Shown here piece after piece: positions 27,949 to 38,551 of a stretch of 64,000 bases of DNA. The notes beneath the pieces were generated by a model. That model ran no database searches. It saw nothing but the letters and a program-made list of their open reading frames with translations, and was not told where the DNA came from. Within the stretch, counting starts at the first letter, position 1; each line of letters starts with the position of its first letter. Origin of the DNA: a candidate division WOR-3 bacterium (GTDB lineage Bacteria; Hydrothermota; 32-111); the NCBI GenBank assembly GCA_039804105.1, contig JBDRZU010000001.1, forward strand, positions 480,001 through 544,000, in the 5' to 3' direction. The position numbers and the translations under genes are program-made.

Positions 27949-29728
27949 CTATCTTTAATGCAGCAAGGAAAGCTTCCTGTGGTATCTCGACTTTACCAAG
28001 CATCTTCATTCTCTTCTTTCCCTCTTTCTGTTTTTCAAGCAGTTTTCTTTTTCTTGTGATATCTCCCCCATAACATTTTGCAAGAACATCTTTTCTAACC
28101 GCTTTTACAATTGATTTTGCGATAACTTTACTACCGATTGCTGCCTGAATCGCTACTTCAAACTGCTGTCTATGAATAACCTCTTTGAGTTTATGTGTCA
28201 ATTTATTTCCAACATTGTATGCCTTCTCTCTTGGAACAATACTTGATAAAGCATCAACCTTGTCTCCATTTATCAGTATATCGAGTCGCACAAGATCTGA
28301 TTCTCTGTAATCGAGAAACTGGTAATCCATCGAACCATAACCTCTTGTGATCGTTTTCAACTTGTCAAAAAAGTCAAAAATTACTTCAGCCATCGGCATC
28401 TCATATTTTAAAAGAACCCTTTTGTCAGTGATATATTCCATACTCTTCTGAACACCCCTTCTCTCCATAACGAGTTGCATTATAGGTCCTATATAGTCGG
28501 GAGGTGTAAAAATATCAACAACAAGGAACGGTTCAAGAATTTTTTCGTTTCTTGTAATATCAGGCATTTTAGCAGGATTATCTATCAACTTTTCTTCACC
28601 TTTCACATCTATGAGTTTGTAAACAACATTGGGAATCGTCGCAATTATATCGAGTCCAAATTCACTCTCAAGACGCTCCTGAACGATTTTCATATGCAAC
28701 ATTCCAAGAAAACCGCACCTGAAACCAAAACCTAAAGCTTCTGAGTTTTCCTGTATAAAAGTGAACGCTGCATCGTTTAACTTTAACTTTTTTAAAGCAT
28801 CTTTCAACTTTTCATAGTCCTCACCATTTGAAGGATAGAATCCTGAAAAGACCATCGGCTTAACTTCCCTGTATCCTTTGAGCGGCTGAACATCCATCCC
28901 TTTTAAGGTTATCGTATCTCCTATATGAATTTCATCAATATTTTTTATATTGCAAATGATATAACCAACATCACCCGAAACGAGTTTCTCAACAGGTTTC
29001 ATCTTTGGTAAAAAAACTCCAACCTCTCCAACCTCATAAATACTTTTTGTTGAAATGAATGTTATCATATCTCCCTTTTTTACCTCACCATCAAATATTC
29101 TGACATAGGGAATCGCTCCCCTATAATTATCGTAGGTTGAATCAAAAATTAGTGCTTTCAATGGACTTGTAAAATCTATTTTTGGTGGAGGAAATTTTTC
29201 GATTATCGCATCGATCAACTGATCAACGCCTGTTCCATCCTTTGCTGAAATCAGTATTATATCATTTTCTTCACATCCCAAAAGTTCCATTATCTCTTTA
29301 CCTGAAAGTTCAATATCAGCAGCTGGAAGATCTATTTTATTCAAAACTGGAATGATCGGTAAATCGTTTGCAAGTGCCTCATGAAGATGGCTTATCGATT
29401 GTGCTTCAACACCCTGAGTGGCATCAACGAGTAAAACAGCGCCTTCACATGCAGCGAGAGATCTCGAAACCTCATAGGAAAAATCAACATGTCCGGGAGT
29501 GTCTATCAGATTGAATTGAATATCGTTACCCTTCCATTTAAAATTAATTCTGACATGATGCGCTTTAACAGTTATCCCATGCTCCCTTTCAACACTCATC
29601 GAATCAAGCACCTGCTCTCTGAACTCTCTCATATCAAAATTTTCGGATAACTCCAAAAACCTATCAGAAAGAGTGCTTTTCCCGTGATCTATATGTGCTA
29701 TAATTGAAAAATTCCTGATTATCTTCAT
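27938..29728 (-). CDS. lepA: Elongation factor 4
   Basis: IRNFSIIAHIDHGKSTL, LIDTPGHVDFSYEV, GFRCGFLG.LH, KCYGGDITRKRKLLEKQKEGKKRMK. Confidence 0.98.
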   Translation of the reverse strand: MKIIRNFSIIAHIDHGKSTLSDRFLELSENFDMREFREQVLDSMSVEREHGITVKAHHVRINFKWKGNDIQFNLIDTPGHVDFSYEVSRSLAACEGAVLLVDATQGVEAQSISHLHEALANDLPIIPVLNKIDLPAADIELSGKEIMELLGCEENDIILISAKDGTGVDQLIDAIIEKFPPPKIDFTSPLKALIFDSTYDNYRGAIPYVRIFDGEVKKGDMITFISTKSIYEVGEVGVFLPKMKPVEKLVSGDVGYIICNIKNIDEIHIGDTITLKGMDVQPLKGYREVKPMVFSGFYPSNGEDYEKLKDALKKLKLNDAAFTFIQENSEALGFGFRCGFLGMLHMKIVQERLESEFGLDIIATIPNVVYKLIDVKGEEKLIDNPAKMPDITRNEKILEPFLVVDIFTPPDYIGPIMQLVMERRGVQKSMEYITDKRVLLKYEMPMAEVIFDFFDKLKTITRGYGSMDYQFLDYRESDLVRLDILINGDKVDALSSIVPREKAYNVGNKLTHKLKEVIHRQQFEVAIQAAIGSKVIAKSIVKAVRKDVLAKCYGGDITRKRKLLEKQKEGKKRMKMLGKVEIPQEAFLAALKIDEE

Positions 29729-29817
29729 AGGTTTTATATATTATCATTTTTTTCTGTGTTGTAAAGAGACAAAATTACCTATTGATTTTTTTTATCAATA
29801 AATTTATAATTAACTTG

Positions 29818-29845
29818 TTGACAAAAGGGAAACTGAATTTATAAT
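29818..29845 (+). promoter_or_regulatory. Promoter of two-component operon
   Basis: Perfect TTGACA-N16-TATAAT; a second TTGATT-N17-TATAAT lies just upstream. Confidence 0.7.
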
Positions 29846-29867
29846 AAATTAAAAAGTGGGAGTTTAA

Positions 29868-30254
29868 ATGGAAGAAAGAAAGAAAACCCTGTTGATAGTT
29901 GATGACGATCTATTTCTCGTTGATATAATGGCATTCACATTGAAACAAAACGGTTTTGATATCATAAAAGCACACAACGGACAGGAAGCGATAGATATTA
30001 TAAACAAGGAACATGTTGATCTCGTGTTAACAGATATAATGATGCCTGTAATGGATGGATTTGAACTCGCAGCGAATTTGAGGCAGAATGAAAACACCAA
30101 AAATATACCGATAATCTTTCTCACAGCAAAATCGAATGTCGAAGACAAAAATAAAGGTTTCAACATAGGGATTAACGATTATGTTGTTAAACCTTTCAAC
30201 TTAAAAGACCTTGTTTCAAGGATAAACAAAGCATTGAATCCTGAGCAAAAATGA
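29868..30254 (+). CDS. Stand-alone response regulator receiver protein
   Basis: LIVDDD, LTDIMMP.MDG, IIFLTA, YVVKPF; no output domain. Confidence 0.93.
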   Translation: MEERKKTLLIVDDDLFLVDIMAFTLKQNGFDIIKAHNGQEAIDIINKEHVDLVLTDIMMPVMDGFELAANLRQNENTKNIPIIFLTAKSNVEDKNKGFNIGINDYVVKPFNLKDLVSRINKALNPEQK

Positions 30255-31804
30255 TTTTTGAACAGGAAAATGATCCAAAAGCACTTCTTTCAAAGATTGA
30301 AAATCTTACTCTTGCAAGTCCTTTCGATTTAACATATATCCTTGCCGCTATAAATAAAATAACAAAAGCCCAGACATCGGGAATATTTCTAAATATTGAA
30401 AACAGATTGGTTTATATTGCAACATACGGTAAAAATGATAATGTTCTTCTTTACCAATCTTTACTTGAAGATGAATCCGTTGAAGGTTATATATTCAAAA
30501 ACAATGATGTTTTGATTCCAAAATCACTTGAATTTGAACATTTTAAACCAAACTCATCTTCGGCAATCTCAGTGATGCCAATAACTATCGTTGGAACTCC
30601 TCTTGTGTCAGGTAATAAAACTATAGGTGGAATGATATCTTTCAACAGAGAAAAGAATACACTTTTTACACAGGATGATTTAAAAGTTTTAAAATCTCTA
30701 TCTTTAAAAATTGGAGAGTTTTTAGATCAAAACAGAAACAGATTCCAGTTTTTTGAAAAGAAACTTTTTCTGATCAACAAAACTATCATCGAAAGTTTCC
30801 CGTTCCCATTCTTTTTAACAAGTACAACAGGAAAGATCGAAAACTTTTCAGAAAAAACAAAAAATATTTTAAAAAGATCTGACCTGCTGGGTAAGGATAT
30901 CTTCGAAGTTTTCAAAATAACAAAGAATACAGGTGAAGAGGTTGATCTAAAAGAGATCTTTGAAGAGGTTGTAACAAAAGCAACAGAAAAAATTTTAAAA
31001 AATGTCAGAATCAACAATAATTTCGACGAAATCTATAATCTCACAATAAAATACATAAATCCAGATAAAATGATCCATAATATACTTTTCTATTTTATAA
31101 ATACTGAAGATATAAACGAAGAGAAACAGAAAATAGTTACAAACCTTTCCCATGAACTCAGAACACCGATGACTGCAATTTTAGGATCGGTTCAAATACT
31201 ACTTGCAGATTTTGAAGGAACAGAACTTACTCCAACACAAAAAGAATTTTTAACAATCTTAAAAAATGAAACAGAAAGATTCTCTACGATATTCTCGACG
31301 ATACTTGATTACAAAGAATCTTCTGACCTTCTTGGATTGAAAGAGGAAGAAATAGATATATCAAAACTTCTTATAGAAATCGGGAATGTTTTTACAATGA
31401 AAATTTTCAAAAAGGATATACATTTTAAGTTAACAAATTTCGATTCAGAAATACTTGTTCGAGCTGATTCAAACGCTATAAAACATATTTTTCATCAACT
31501 GATAGATAACGCGATAAAATTTTCACCTGAAGGTGGAAAAGTTGAAATTGTTTACGAAGGAACACGACTTGTTGAAAACAAATGGAAAAAAATTATAAGT
31601 ATTGAAGATGAAGGTCCAGGAATACCAACAGAGATTAAATCAAAAATCTTTGAACCATTTCAAAGGGATGATGAAAAGGTTCATACAAAAATAGGAACAG
31701 GCCTTGGGCTTACAATAGTAAAAGAGATTCTTGATACTGTTGGTGGATACATCGAAATAAAAGATAGAGAACCAAAAGGAACAAAAGTAACAATTCTACT
31801 ATAA
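30251..31804 (+). CDS. Cytoplasmic sensor histidine kinase (GAF/PAS-like - HisKA - HATPase)
   Basis: LSHELRTPMT H-box, LIDNAIKF N-box, DEGPGI G1, GTGLGL G2; N-terminal GAF-like region (PL....IGG....R....FT..DL..L). Confidence 0.9.
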   Translation: MIFEQENDPKALLSKIENLTLASPFDLTYILAAINKITKAQTSGIFLNIENRLVYIATYGKNDNVLLYQSLLEDESVEGYIFKNNDVLIPKSLEFEHFKPNSSSAISVMPITIVGTPLVSGNKTIGGMISFNREKNTLFTQDDLKVLKSLSLKIGEFLDQNRNRFQFFEKKLFLINKTIIESFPFPFFLTSTTGKIENFSEKTKNILKRSDLLGKDIFEVFKITKNTGEEVDLKEIFEEVVTKATEKILKNVRINNNFDEIYNLTIKYINPDKMIHNILFYFINTEDINEEKQKIVTNLSHELRTPMTAILGSVQILLADFEGTELTPTQKEFLTILKNETERFSTIFSTILDYKESSDLLGLKEEEIDISKLLIEIGNVFTMKIFKKDIHFKLTNFDSEILVRADSNAIKHIFHQLIDNAIKFSPEGGKVEIVYEGTRLVENKWKKIISIEDEGPGIPTEIKSKIFEPFQRDDEKVHTKIGTGLGLTIVKEILDTVGGYIEIKDREPKGTKVTILL

Positions 31805-31813
31805 GGAGGTTTT

Positions 31814-32053
31814 ATGAAAATTTTATCCTATCTTCTAATCAATACCGAGGCAGGAAAAGCACTGATGGTTTTGAAAGAGTTAAAAAAATTGAAAGAAGTT
31901 GAAAGTGCACATGTTGTTACCGGTCTTCATGACATCATAGCACTTGTAAACGCTGATTCCACAAAACATCTTGCTGATGAGATAGTCAACAAAATTCAGA
32001 AAATTGATGGAATACAGAGAACCGTTACCTGTATAGTTGTTAACGGAGATTAA
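31814..32053 (+). CDS. Lrp/AsnC ligand-binding (RAM) domain protein, stand-alone
   Basis: YLLINTE.G....V...L......V..AH.VTG.HDIIA.V...I..IDGI.RT.T; AAGGAGG RBS. Confidence 0.85.
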   Translation: MKILSYLLINTEAGKALMVLKELKKLKEVESAHVVTGLHDIIALVNADSTKHLADEIVNKIQKIDGIQRTVTCIVVNGD

Positions 32054-32060
32054 AAAATTT

Positions 32061-32081
32061 GCCCCCTTAAATAAAGGGGGC
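32061..32081. terminator. GC-rich hairpin, probable intrinsic terminator
   Basis: GCCCCCTT-AAATA-AAGGGGGC directly after the stop codon; U-tract weak on +, A-run upstream. Confidence 0.55.
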
Positions 32082-32088
32082 TTCCCAC

Positions 32089-32116
32089 TTGAAAAAATTT
32101 CTTTATTATATACAAT
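32089..32116 (+). promoter_or_regulatory. Promoter of pheST
   Basis: TTGAAA-N16-TACAAT, ATG 9 nt after the -10, no SD. Confidence 0.55.
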
Positions 32117-32125
32117 TGTAAAGTT

Positions 32126-33163
32126 ATGAAAAATTTAAAAGAAAATCTTGAACTTTTTTTTAAAGAATTTGAAAAAGAAATAGAAAATCTAAATTCTTTA
32201 GAAAAACTCAAAGAGATAGAGATCAAATATCTTGGCAAAAAAAGCCAGTTACATTCACTTCTAAAGTTTATAGGTGAACTGAAAACTCCTGAAGAGAAAA
32301 AAGAGGCAGGTTTCTTAATAAACAGAACAAAAGTTGAAATCGAAGAAAAAATAAAAAATTTAAAAGATAATTTTGAAAAGAGAGAGATCGAAAAAAAATT
32401 AAAAGAGCAGAGTATAGATTTCACAAAACCTGTATTTTCAGAGAGAGATGGCTCTTTACATCCGATAACATTCATCAAAAGGGATGTTGAAAGAATATTA
32501 ACAGGGATGGGATTTTCTCTCGTTACAGGTCCTGAGATGGAAACAGAGTATTATAACTTTGAAGCACTGAATATCCCGCCAACACATCCAGCAAGGGATA
32601 TGCAGGACACTTTTTTCCTGTTAAATGGAATGATCCTAAGAACACATACTTCAAGTTGTCAATCACGGACACTCGAAAAATTTAAACCACCTTTGAGAAT
32701 ATTTGCTCCAGGGAAATGTTTCAGATATGAATCGATAGATGCCTCACATGAAACAGCATTCTACCAGGTTGAAGGGCTTCTTGTTGATGAAAATATTACA
32801 ATTGCAAATCTTATCGCAACAATGAAAACACTACTTTCGGAAATTTTTCATAAAGAAGATATAGATGTAAGATTAAGGCCCGGATATTTCCCCTTCGTTG
32901 AGCCAGGTTTTGAACTTGATATAAAATGTATTATCTGTAATGGAAAAGGTTGTTCCACATGTAAACATAGCGGTTGGCTTGAACTCGTTCCATGTGGGAT
33001 GGTTCATCCAAATGTTTTAAAATATGGTGGAATCGATACCGAAAGATACAATGGTTTCGCCTTTGGACTTGGACTAACCAGATTGGCGATGATGAGATAT
33101 AAAATTAACGATATCAGATTCTTAAACAGTGGTGATCTAAGATTTTTAAAACAGTTCAGGTAA
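32126..33163 (+). CDS. pheS: Phenylalanine--tRNA ligase alpha subunit
   Basis: G.LHP, YNFEALN.P..HPARDMQDTF, LRTHTS, FYQVEGL, FPFVEPG, GFAFGLG..RLAM. Confidence 0.98.
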   Translation: MKNLKENLELFFKEFEKEIENLNSLEKLKEIEIKYLGKKSQLHSLLKFIGELKTPEEKKEAGFLINRTKVEIEEKIKNLKDNFEKREIEKKLKEQSIDFTKPVFSERDGSLHPITFIKRDVERILTGMGFSLVTGPEMETEYYNFEALNIPPTHPARDMQDTFFLLNGMILRTHTSSCQSRTLEKFKPPLRIFAPGKCFRYESIDASHETAFYQVEGLLVDENITIANLIATMKTLLSEIFHKEDIDVRLRPGYFPFVEPGFELDIKCIICNGKGCSTCKHSGWLELVPCGMVHPNVLKYGGIDTERYNGFAFGLGLTRLAMMRYKINDIRFLNSGDLRFLKQFR

Positions 33164-33166
33164 AAT

Positions 33167-35533
33167 ATGAAGATATCTTTAAGATGGTTGAACGATTTTG
33201 TAAAAGTTGATGATATTGATCCTTTTGAACTCTCTCAACTTTTAACGATGAAAACAGCGGAAACGGAGGGAGTATACTCAAGAAGTCAAGATTATTCTCA
33301 AATATATACTTGTGAAATTCTTGATGTTGTTAAAATAGATGAAAAACATTTCAAATGCAAAGTTGTTTCAGATAAAGAATATAATGTCATAAGTGGTGCT
33401 CCAAACACAAGAAAAGGTTTGAAAACTTTCCATATCAAACCGGGCGGAAAACTTGATGGTGAAACGATAACAACAAAATCTTTTTCAGGTGAAGTTTCCG
33501 AAGGAATGTTACTTTCTGGAAAAGAACTCGGGATCAACAACGATCATTCTGGGCTTTTTGAACTACCACCTGATATTAAATCTGGAGTTGAAATAGGCGA
33601 TTTCACCGATTATTACGATTATGTGATCGAGATCGATAACAAATCTTTAACACACAGACCAGATCTCTGGGGAATCTTCGGATTCTCAAGAGAGATCAAA
33701 GCGATCCTTGGGAGGGATAAAAGAGAACCAGCAATCTTTGATAAAAATAGTGTAAAAAATCTACCAGAATTTCCAATAGAAATAATCGATAGAGAAAAAT
33801 GTTATAGATATGTTGGAGTCAAAATCGGAAACATCAAGGTAAAACATTCTCCTTTAAACATCCAGATAAGATTATCAAACACAGGACATGTTCCAAGAAA
33901 TATAATCGTTGATCTTACAAACTATGTTATGACGGAGATAGGACAACCACTCCATGCTTTTGATGGAAACAGCATAAAGAAAATAGTTGTTGATTCAGCA
34001 AAAGAGGATTTCGTTTTCAAAACACTCGATAAAGTTGACAGAAAACTTCCAAAAGGAATTCTTCTGATAAAGAACGAGGACACACCTATTGCAATCGCTG
34101 GAATCATGGGTGGAGGAAATTCTGATATAAGGGATGATTCACAAACCCTTTTCCTTGAAAGTGCAAATTTTGATGCTTCACATATCAGAAAGATGAGCAC
34201 AAGGATATCTCTCAGAACAGATTCAAGTGCAAGATTTGAAAAATCACTTGATCCTGAAAATGCACTTATTGGATGTTTAAGGTATGTCCAACTTTTAAAA
34301 GAAAATCAGAATGATATAAGAATCGAAAGTTCAATAACTGATAAAAATTACAATCCATTCAAAAAAAATATCATCTATACTGACTATTCATACATTAAAA
34401 AAACTATAGGTATAGAAATTGAAAATGAAAAAATAAAAAGTATTTTAAAATCCTTAGAGTTTGAAGTCGAAGAAGAAAAAGACAGAATAAAAATAACAGC
34501 ACCAACATATAGAAGCACAAAAGATATTTCTATAAAAGAGGATATAGTTGAAGAGGTTGTAAGGATCTATGGATTCGATAATGTGAAACCTGTACTTCCG
34601 AAACTCCAAATAAGTGCAACTATAAAAAATATTGAGAACGAAAAGGATAATCTTGTAAAAGATCTGTTGACTTACAAATATAATTTGAACGAAGTTGATT
34701 CCCATCCCTGGTATGACGATAAATTCAACAAAAAAGTTGGATTCAAAACAGGTGGTGAAATCGAGATAAAAAATCCGATAACTATTGATAACAAACTTTT
34801 AAGAACAACACTCCTCCCAACACTTTTGAAATTTTCATTTGAAAATCTGAAATATTTTGATCAGTTCTCTTTATACGAGATTGGAAAAACTTTCCATAAA
34901 AACAGTGAAATTAAAAGATTGGGAATAATCTCTGTTGATAAAAAAACAAAGAATCAGGAAGAAAAATCCTTTTTTAATTTGAAATCGATTGTGAACGATA
35001 TATTCGAAAGGTTGACAGGAAAAGAACCTGTTTATAAAAATCCAACAGAACATCAACTGATAAATCCTTCGATTTCTGCTGATATATATTTTTCTTTCGA
35101 TGACAAAAATTATGAACCTGTTGGATACCTTGGAATAATTCACCCAAAGATCAACTCATTACTCGACAAAAAAGTTGTCATCGCTTTTACTGAAATAGAG
35201 ATTGAAAAAATATACGGATTTGAAAAAAGTATGCTTTTCAAACAATTTTCAACATTCCCACAGACGATTCTTGATTTTTCAATATTGAAAAATAAAAAAG
35301 AGTTGTTCATAGATTTTGAATATAAAATCAAAGAATTCAAAAACGAACTTGTGAAAGATTTTAAAATCTACGATATCTACTCAGGAGAAAACATTCCTGA
35401 AGGTTTCGAATCCGTCACCGTAAGATTCACGATCGGAAGTGATCAGAAAACTTTAACAGGTGAAGAGATATCAGAATTCCAGAATCAGTTTGTCTTGTTT
35501 ATCAAAGATAAAGGTTACACACTCAGAAGTTGA
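33167..35533 (+). CDS. pheT: Phenylalanine--tRNA ligase beta subunit
   Basis: MKISLRWL, SEGML.S..ELG, RPDL, VD.TNYVM.E.GQPLHAFD, FLESANF, EEVVRIYGF, C-terminal FDX-ACB domain. Confidence 0.96.
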   Translation: MKISLRWLNDFVKVDDIDPFELSQLLTMKTAETEGVYSRSQDYSQIYTCEILDVVKIDEKHFKCKVVSDKEYNVISGAPNTRKGLKTFHIKPGGKLDGETITTKSFSGEVSEGMLLSGKELGINNDHSGLFELPPDIKSGVEIGDFTDYYDYVIEIDNKSLTHRPDLWGIFGFSREIKAILGRDKREPAIFDKNSVKNLPEFPIEIIDREKCYRYVGVKIGNIKVKHSPLNIQIRLSNTGHVPRNIIVDLTNYVMTEIGQPLHAFDGNSIKKIVVDSAKEDFVFKTLDKVDRKLPKGILLIKNEDTPIAIAGIMGGGNSDIRDDSQTLFLESANFDASHIRKMSTRISLRTDSSARFEKSLDPENALIGCLRYVQLLKENQNDIRIESSITDKNYNPFKKNIIYTDYSYIKKTIGIEIENEKIKSILKSLEFEVEEEKDRIKITAPTYRSTKDISIKEDIVEEVVRIYGFDNVKPVLPKLQISATIKNIENEKDNLVKDLLTYKYNLNEVDSHPWYDDKFNKKVGFKTGGEIEIKNPITIDNKLLRTTLLPTLLKFSFENLKYFDQFSLYEIGKTFHKNSEIKRLGIISVDKKTKNQEEKSFFNLKSIVNDIFERLTGKEPVYKNPTEHQLINPSISADIYFSFDDKNYEPVGYLGIIHPKINSLLDKKVVIAFTEIEIEKIYGFEKSMLFKQFSTFPQTILDFSILKNKKELFIDFEYKIKEFKNELVKDFKIYDIYSGENIPEGFESVTVRFTIGSDQKTLTGEEISEFQNQFVLFIKDKGYTLRS

Positions 35534-36865
35534 TCAAAAGTTCCAGCAGAGTAAAAATATATTATATTTCAACTTTTTGAAAATATCACTATAACCATCA
35601 ACAGGTGAAAACCCAATCTGTATACCTATCGGATCAAAGATCTCCGTGAAAAACATAAAACCAACTCCATACCCGTAAAGATATTTACTCTTTTGAAACA
35701 ACTTTAATTCTTTAAAATCGTTTGCGATTGTTGTCCAATCAGCAAAAAGAGTGACAATATAGTTGAACGAAATTCTGCCAATTATAGGATATTCAAAAGG
35801 TATCTTAAACAGAGGATATCTTAACTCAAAAGTTCCAGAATACCTGTTAAAATCGGTTATATCGCTTTCAGGCACTGCCCTATTCTCAAAGGCATCTGGC
35901 TCAGAGAGATTATAATATGTTAAAGTTCCATTCTGTAATAAAAATTTGTTACGAAAAGCAATAGTTCCCTTGAAGAATTTAAAAAAGTTAACATTGTTGA
36001 AACTGAATTTTATTCTGTCAATATCTGTTCCCCAAAAATTCTTTTCATACAAAAAAGTTAATTCATCATAATTCCCAGATGTCGGGAAAAATGGATCATT
36101 CTTTTTATTCAGGGTCAACTTTAAACCTGATTGCAAAAACTCATCATAACCTTTCATATCACCACTCTTGTAAGACAAAGAGAAAGTATCATCTTTAAAA
36201 CTCACACGATCAAAACCAACTATCAACTGTGAAGACAGATCCTGAATGAAAGAATAACCTGTCGCAAGATATACACCTTTATGGTATTCAATTATATCAA
36301 GGATATCTCTGTTGTTTTGAGTGTAAAAAATCTTGTATTCACCGGAATATTTCCTTGAATAAACTGTTGGTATGAAATACAAAAGATAAATACCTTTCAC
36401 ATCAAGAAAAGTAAATGCGAGTTCTATCTTATGCCTCTGAGCAAAAAGGTTTCCATAAGAAGCACCAAGTGTTATCGAATATGGTTTTGTTGTCGAAAAC
36501 CCCAGTGATGGTAAAAACACAAGCATCTCTTTTGCAGTTACTCTAACATCAACAGTGTCATCAGTATTATCCTTTCTTAACAGTTTTGGATCGATTTTCT
36601 CTTCAAAACCACTATCCACCTTAAAAACATCTATCACAACTTCACCAAAAAGTTCGGTTTTCAAAAGGTTGAGTTTACTTTTCTCAATATCAATACTATC
36701 AACAGTATCAGAAGAACAGAATGTCAGCTGTTTTTTTATAAAATCTTCTTTTGTAAATGTTCTGTTCTCAAGAGAAATATTTCTGACATACTCAGCTTCA
36801 ACAAAAACAACAAAAAACAACGAAAGAACCATCAAAAATCTTTTAAACATTTTAAACTCCTTCAT
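35534..36865 (-). CDS. Omp85/BamA-TamA family outer-membrane protein with a single POTRA-like domain
   Basis: Signal peptide; POTRA-like N...T....I...L...NL....LF..V.I...V.V...E; NLF...H, D.FFPT.G, ELRYP, FAD, GYGVG barrel motifs; terminal Phe. Confidence 0.7.
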   Translation of the reverse strand: MKEFKMFKRFLMVLSLFFVVFVEAEYVRNISLENRTFTKEDFIKKQLTFCSSDTVDSIDIEKSKLNLLKTELFGEVVIDVFKVDSGFEEKIDPKLLRKDNTDDTVDVRVTAKEMLVFLPSLGFSTTKPYSITLGASYGNLFAQRHKIELAFTFLDVKGIYLLYFIPTVYSRKYSGEYKIFYTQNNRDILDIIEYHKGVYLATGYSFIQDLSSQLIVGFDRVSFKDDTFSLSYKSGDMKGYDEFLQSGLKLTLNKKNDPFFPTSGNYDELTFLYEKNFWGTDIDRIKFSFNNVNFFKFFKGTIAFRNKFLLQNGTLTYYNLSEPDAFENRAVPESDITDFNRYSGTFELRYPLFKIPFEYPIIGRISFNYIVTLFADWTTIANDFKELKLFQKSKYLYGYGVGFMFFTEIFDPIGIQIGFSPVDGYSDIFKKLKYNIFLLCWNF

Positions 36866-37613
36866 AAAAAAAGATTTTTCCTCTATCTTCTACGAATTCG
36901 ATATCTGTTTCGAAAATTTTCGCAAGTTCTCTTTTCATATAATCAGTTCCACCAAACCCGGCAATTTTCCCATCCTTGATTCCGATGATTTTATCAGAAA
37001 TGTTGAAACATATTCCAAGGTCATGTGAGGAGATCAAAATAATCTTTTCAGATTTTATTTCATCGATTATTTTAATGATTTTTTTTCTGTGTCTAAAATC
37101 TATGTTTGAAAATGGCTCATCCATAACAATTACCTTTCCACCTTGAAAAATAGCCCTTGCAAGTTGAACGAGTTGCATCTCTCCCCCACTCAAAGAAAAA
37201 CAGTTTCTGTTTTTTAAATGTCCAATTTCAAGTTTTTCCATCAATAAATTTATTTCTTCATAATCTTTCAAAGAAAGATTTCCAAAAATATCCATCTTTG
37301 AATATCTTCCATATTTTACAAATTCAAAAACAGGAAAATCATAATAAAGGTAAATCTTTTGTGGTATATAGGATATGATTTGAGACATCTCATTTTCAGT
37401 TAAAGTTTTTATTTCTCGACCAAAAAGATCTATTTTACCTTCATAGTAAACCAAAATTTTACACAAGAGTTTTAGAAAAGTTGTTTTACCGGATCCATTC
37501 TCCCCAATCAGAGAATATATACCATTTTCGTCAATAATCAGTTCATCTATTTTCATAAATTCTTTATCTTTTGTGTATGAAAATTTTAAATCCTTTATCT
37601 GTATCATATTCAC
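36852..37613 (-). CDS. ABC transporter ATP-binding protein (FecE/BtuD type)
   Basis: GENGSGKTT, LSGGE.Q, VMDEP, SSHD. Confidence 0.92.
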   Translation of the reverse strand: MNMIQIKDLKFSYTKDKEFMKIDELIIDENGIYSLIGENGSGKTTFLKLLCKILVYYEGKIDLFGREIKTLTENEMSQIISYIPQKIYLYYDFPVFEFVKYGRYSKMDIFGNLSLKDYEEINLLMEKLEIGHLKNRNCFSLSGGEMQLVQLARAIFQGGKVIVMDEPFSNIDFRHRKKIIKIIDEIKSEKIILISSHDLGICFNISDKIIGIKDGKIAGFGGTDYMKRELAKIFETDIEFVEDRGKIFFYEGV

Positions 37614-38551
37614 TCAAAATTTTTTTTAACAATAATAAAAAGAAAAGGTAGCGAAAAAAGCGATAAAACGACTCCTATTGGGAGTTCAAAAGAAAAAGAA
37701 TACTTACTTATAAAATCAGCGAAGAGAATCAAAAATGCACCTCCAGCAAAGGAATAAAAAATCAAATCGCGACTTTTCAAAACTCCAGAGATCCTAAGGA
37801 TGTTGGGAACTATTATTCCAACAAAACCTATTATTCCCACAAAAGAAACGATCAAAGATGTTTGATATATTAAAACTAATAAAATCAAAAGAAAATCTCT
37901 TTTAACATTGACTCCACTCGTTTTCGCTATATCCTCATCGATCGATATGATATCAAGTTCCCTCGATTTTAAAAGTATAAACAAAAAGGTTAAGATCAAT
38001 GTTAAAGATAAAAAAATGTAAAGGGGAAAATTTGAAGATAGAAAAATATGATTCAAAGATCCCATCAAAGCATAGAAGAGATAGGTTATGTCATTTTTTG
38101 AAAGAATTGAAAATATGATAACAAGAGAGGAAAAAAGTATGTTAACGAGTAGACCAGAAATCAAAATCGACACCTTTTTATCACCTTTTATGTTGAGTGA
38201 AAATGAAAGTGAAATCAAAGAAGAAATTGTTGAAAACAGAAAGGAAAAAAGGATTGAAACTAAAAGGTTTCCTTTAAAAAAGATTGAGGCGAGAACAAAA
38301 CCAAAAAGTCCTCCACCTGAAATCCCAAGGACATAAGGATCAAGCAAAGGATTTTTGAAAAGGATCTGCATAACAGAACCTGATGTCGTTAAAACCATTC
38401 CGGTAAAAAGAGCAAGGATGTATCTGAAAATCCTTAACTTCAAAATTTCATTTTTTACATCACTTTCAAAAGACGATAATTTAAAATTCATATAAAATAT
38501 AGAAATAAGAATAAACAAAAGAATGAATATCAAAAATTTTTTACCTTTCAC
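37610..38551 (-). CDS. FecCD/BtuC family ABC permease
   Basis: SG..MQ.LFKNPL.DPY.LGISGG, G.IGFVG.IVP, ELPIGV...L...PF. Confidence 0.9.
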   Translation of the reverse strand: MKGKKFLIFILLFILISIFYMNFKLSSFESDVKNEILKLRIFRYILALFTGMVLTTSGSVMQILFKNPLLDPYVLGISGGGLFGFVLASIFFKGNLLVSILFSFLFSTISSLISLSFSLNIKGDKKVSILISGLLVNILFSSLVIIFSILSKNDITYLFYALMGSLNHIFLSSNFPLYIFLSLTLILTFLFILLKSRELDIISIDEDIAKTSGVNVKRDFLLILLVLIYQTSLIVSFVGIIGFVGIIVPNILRISGVLKSRDLIFYSFAGGAFLILFADFISKYSFSFELPIGVVLSLFSLPFLFIIVKKNFE

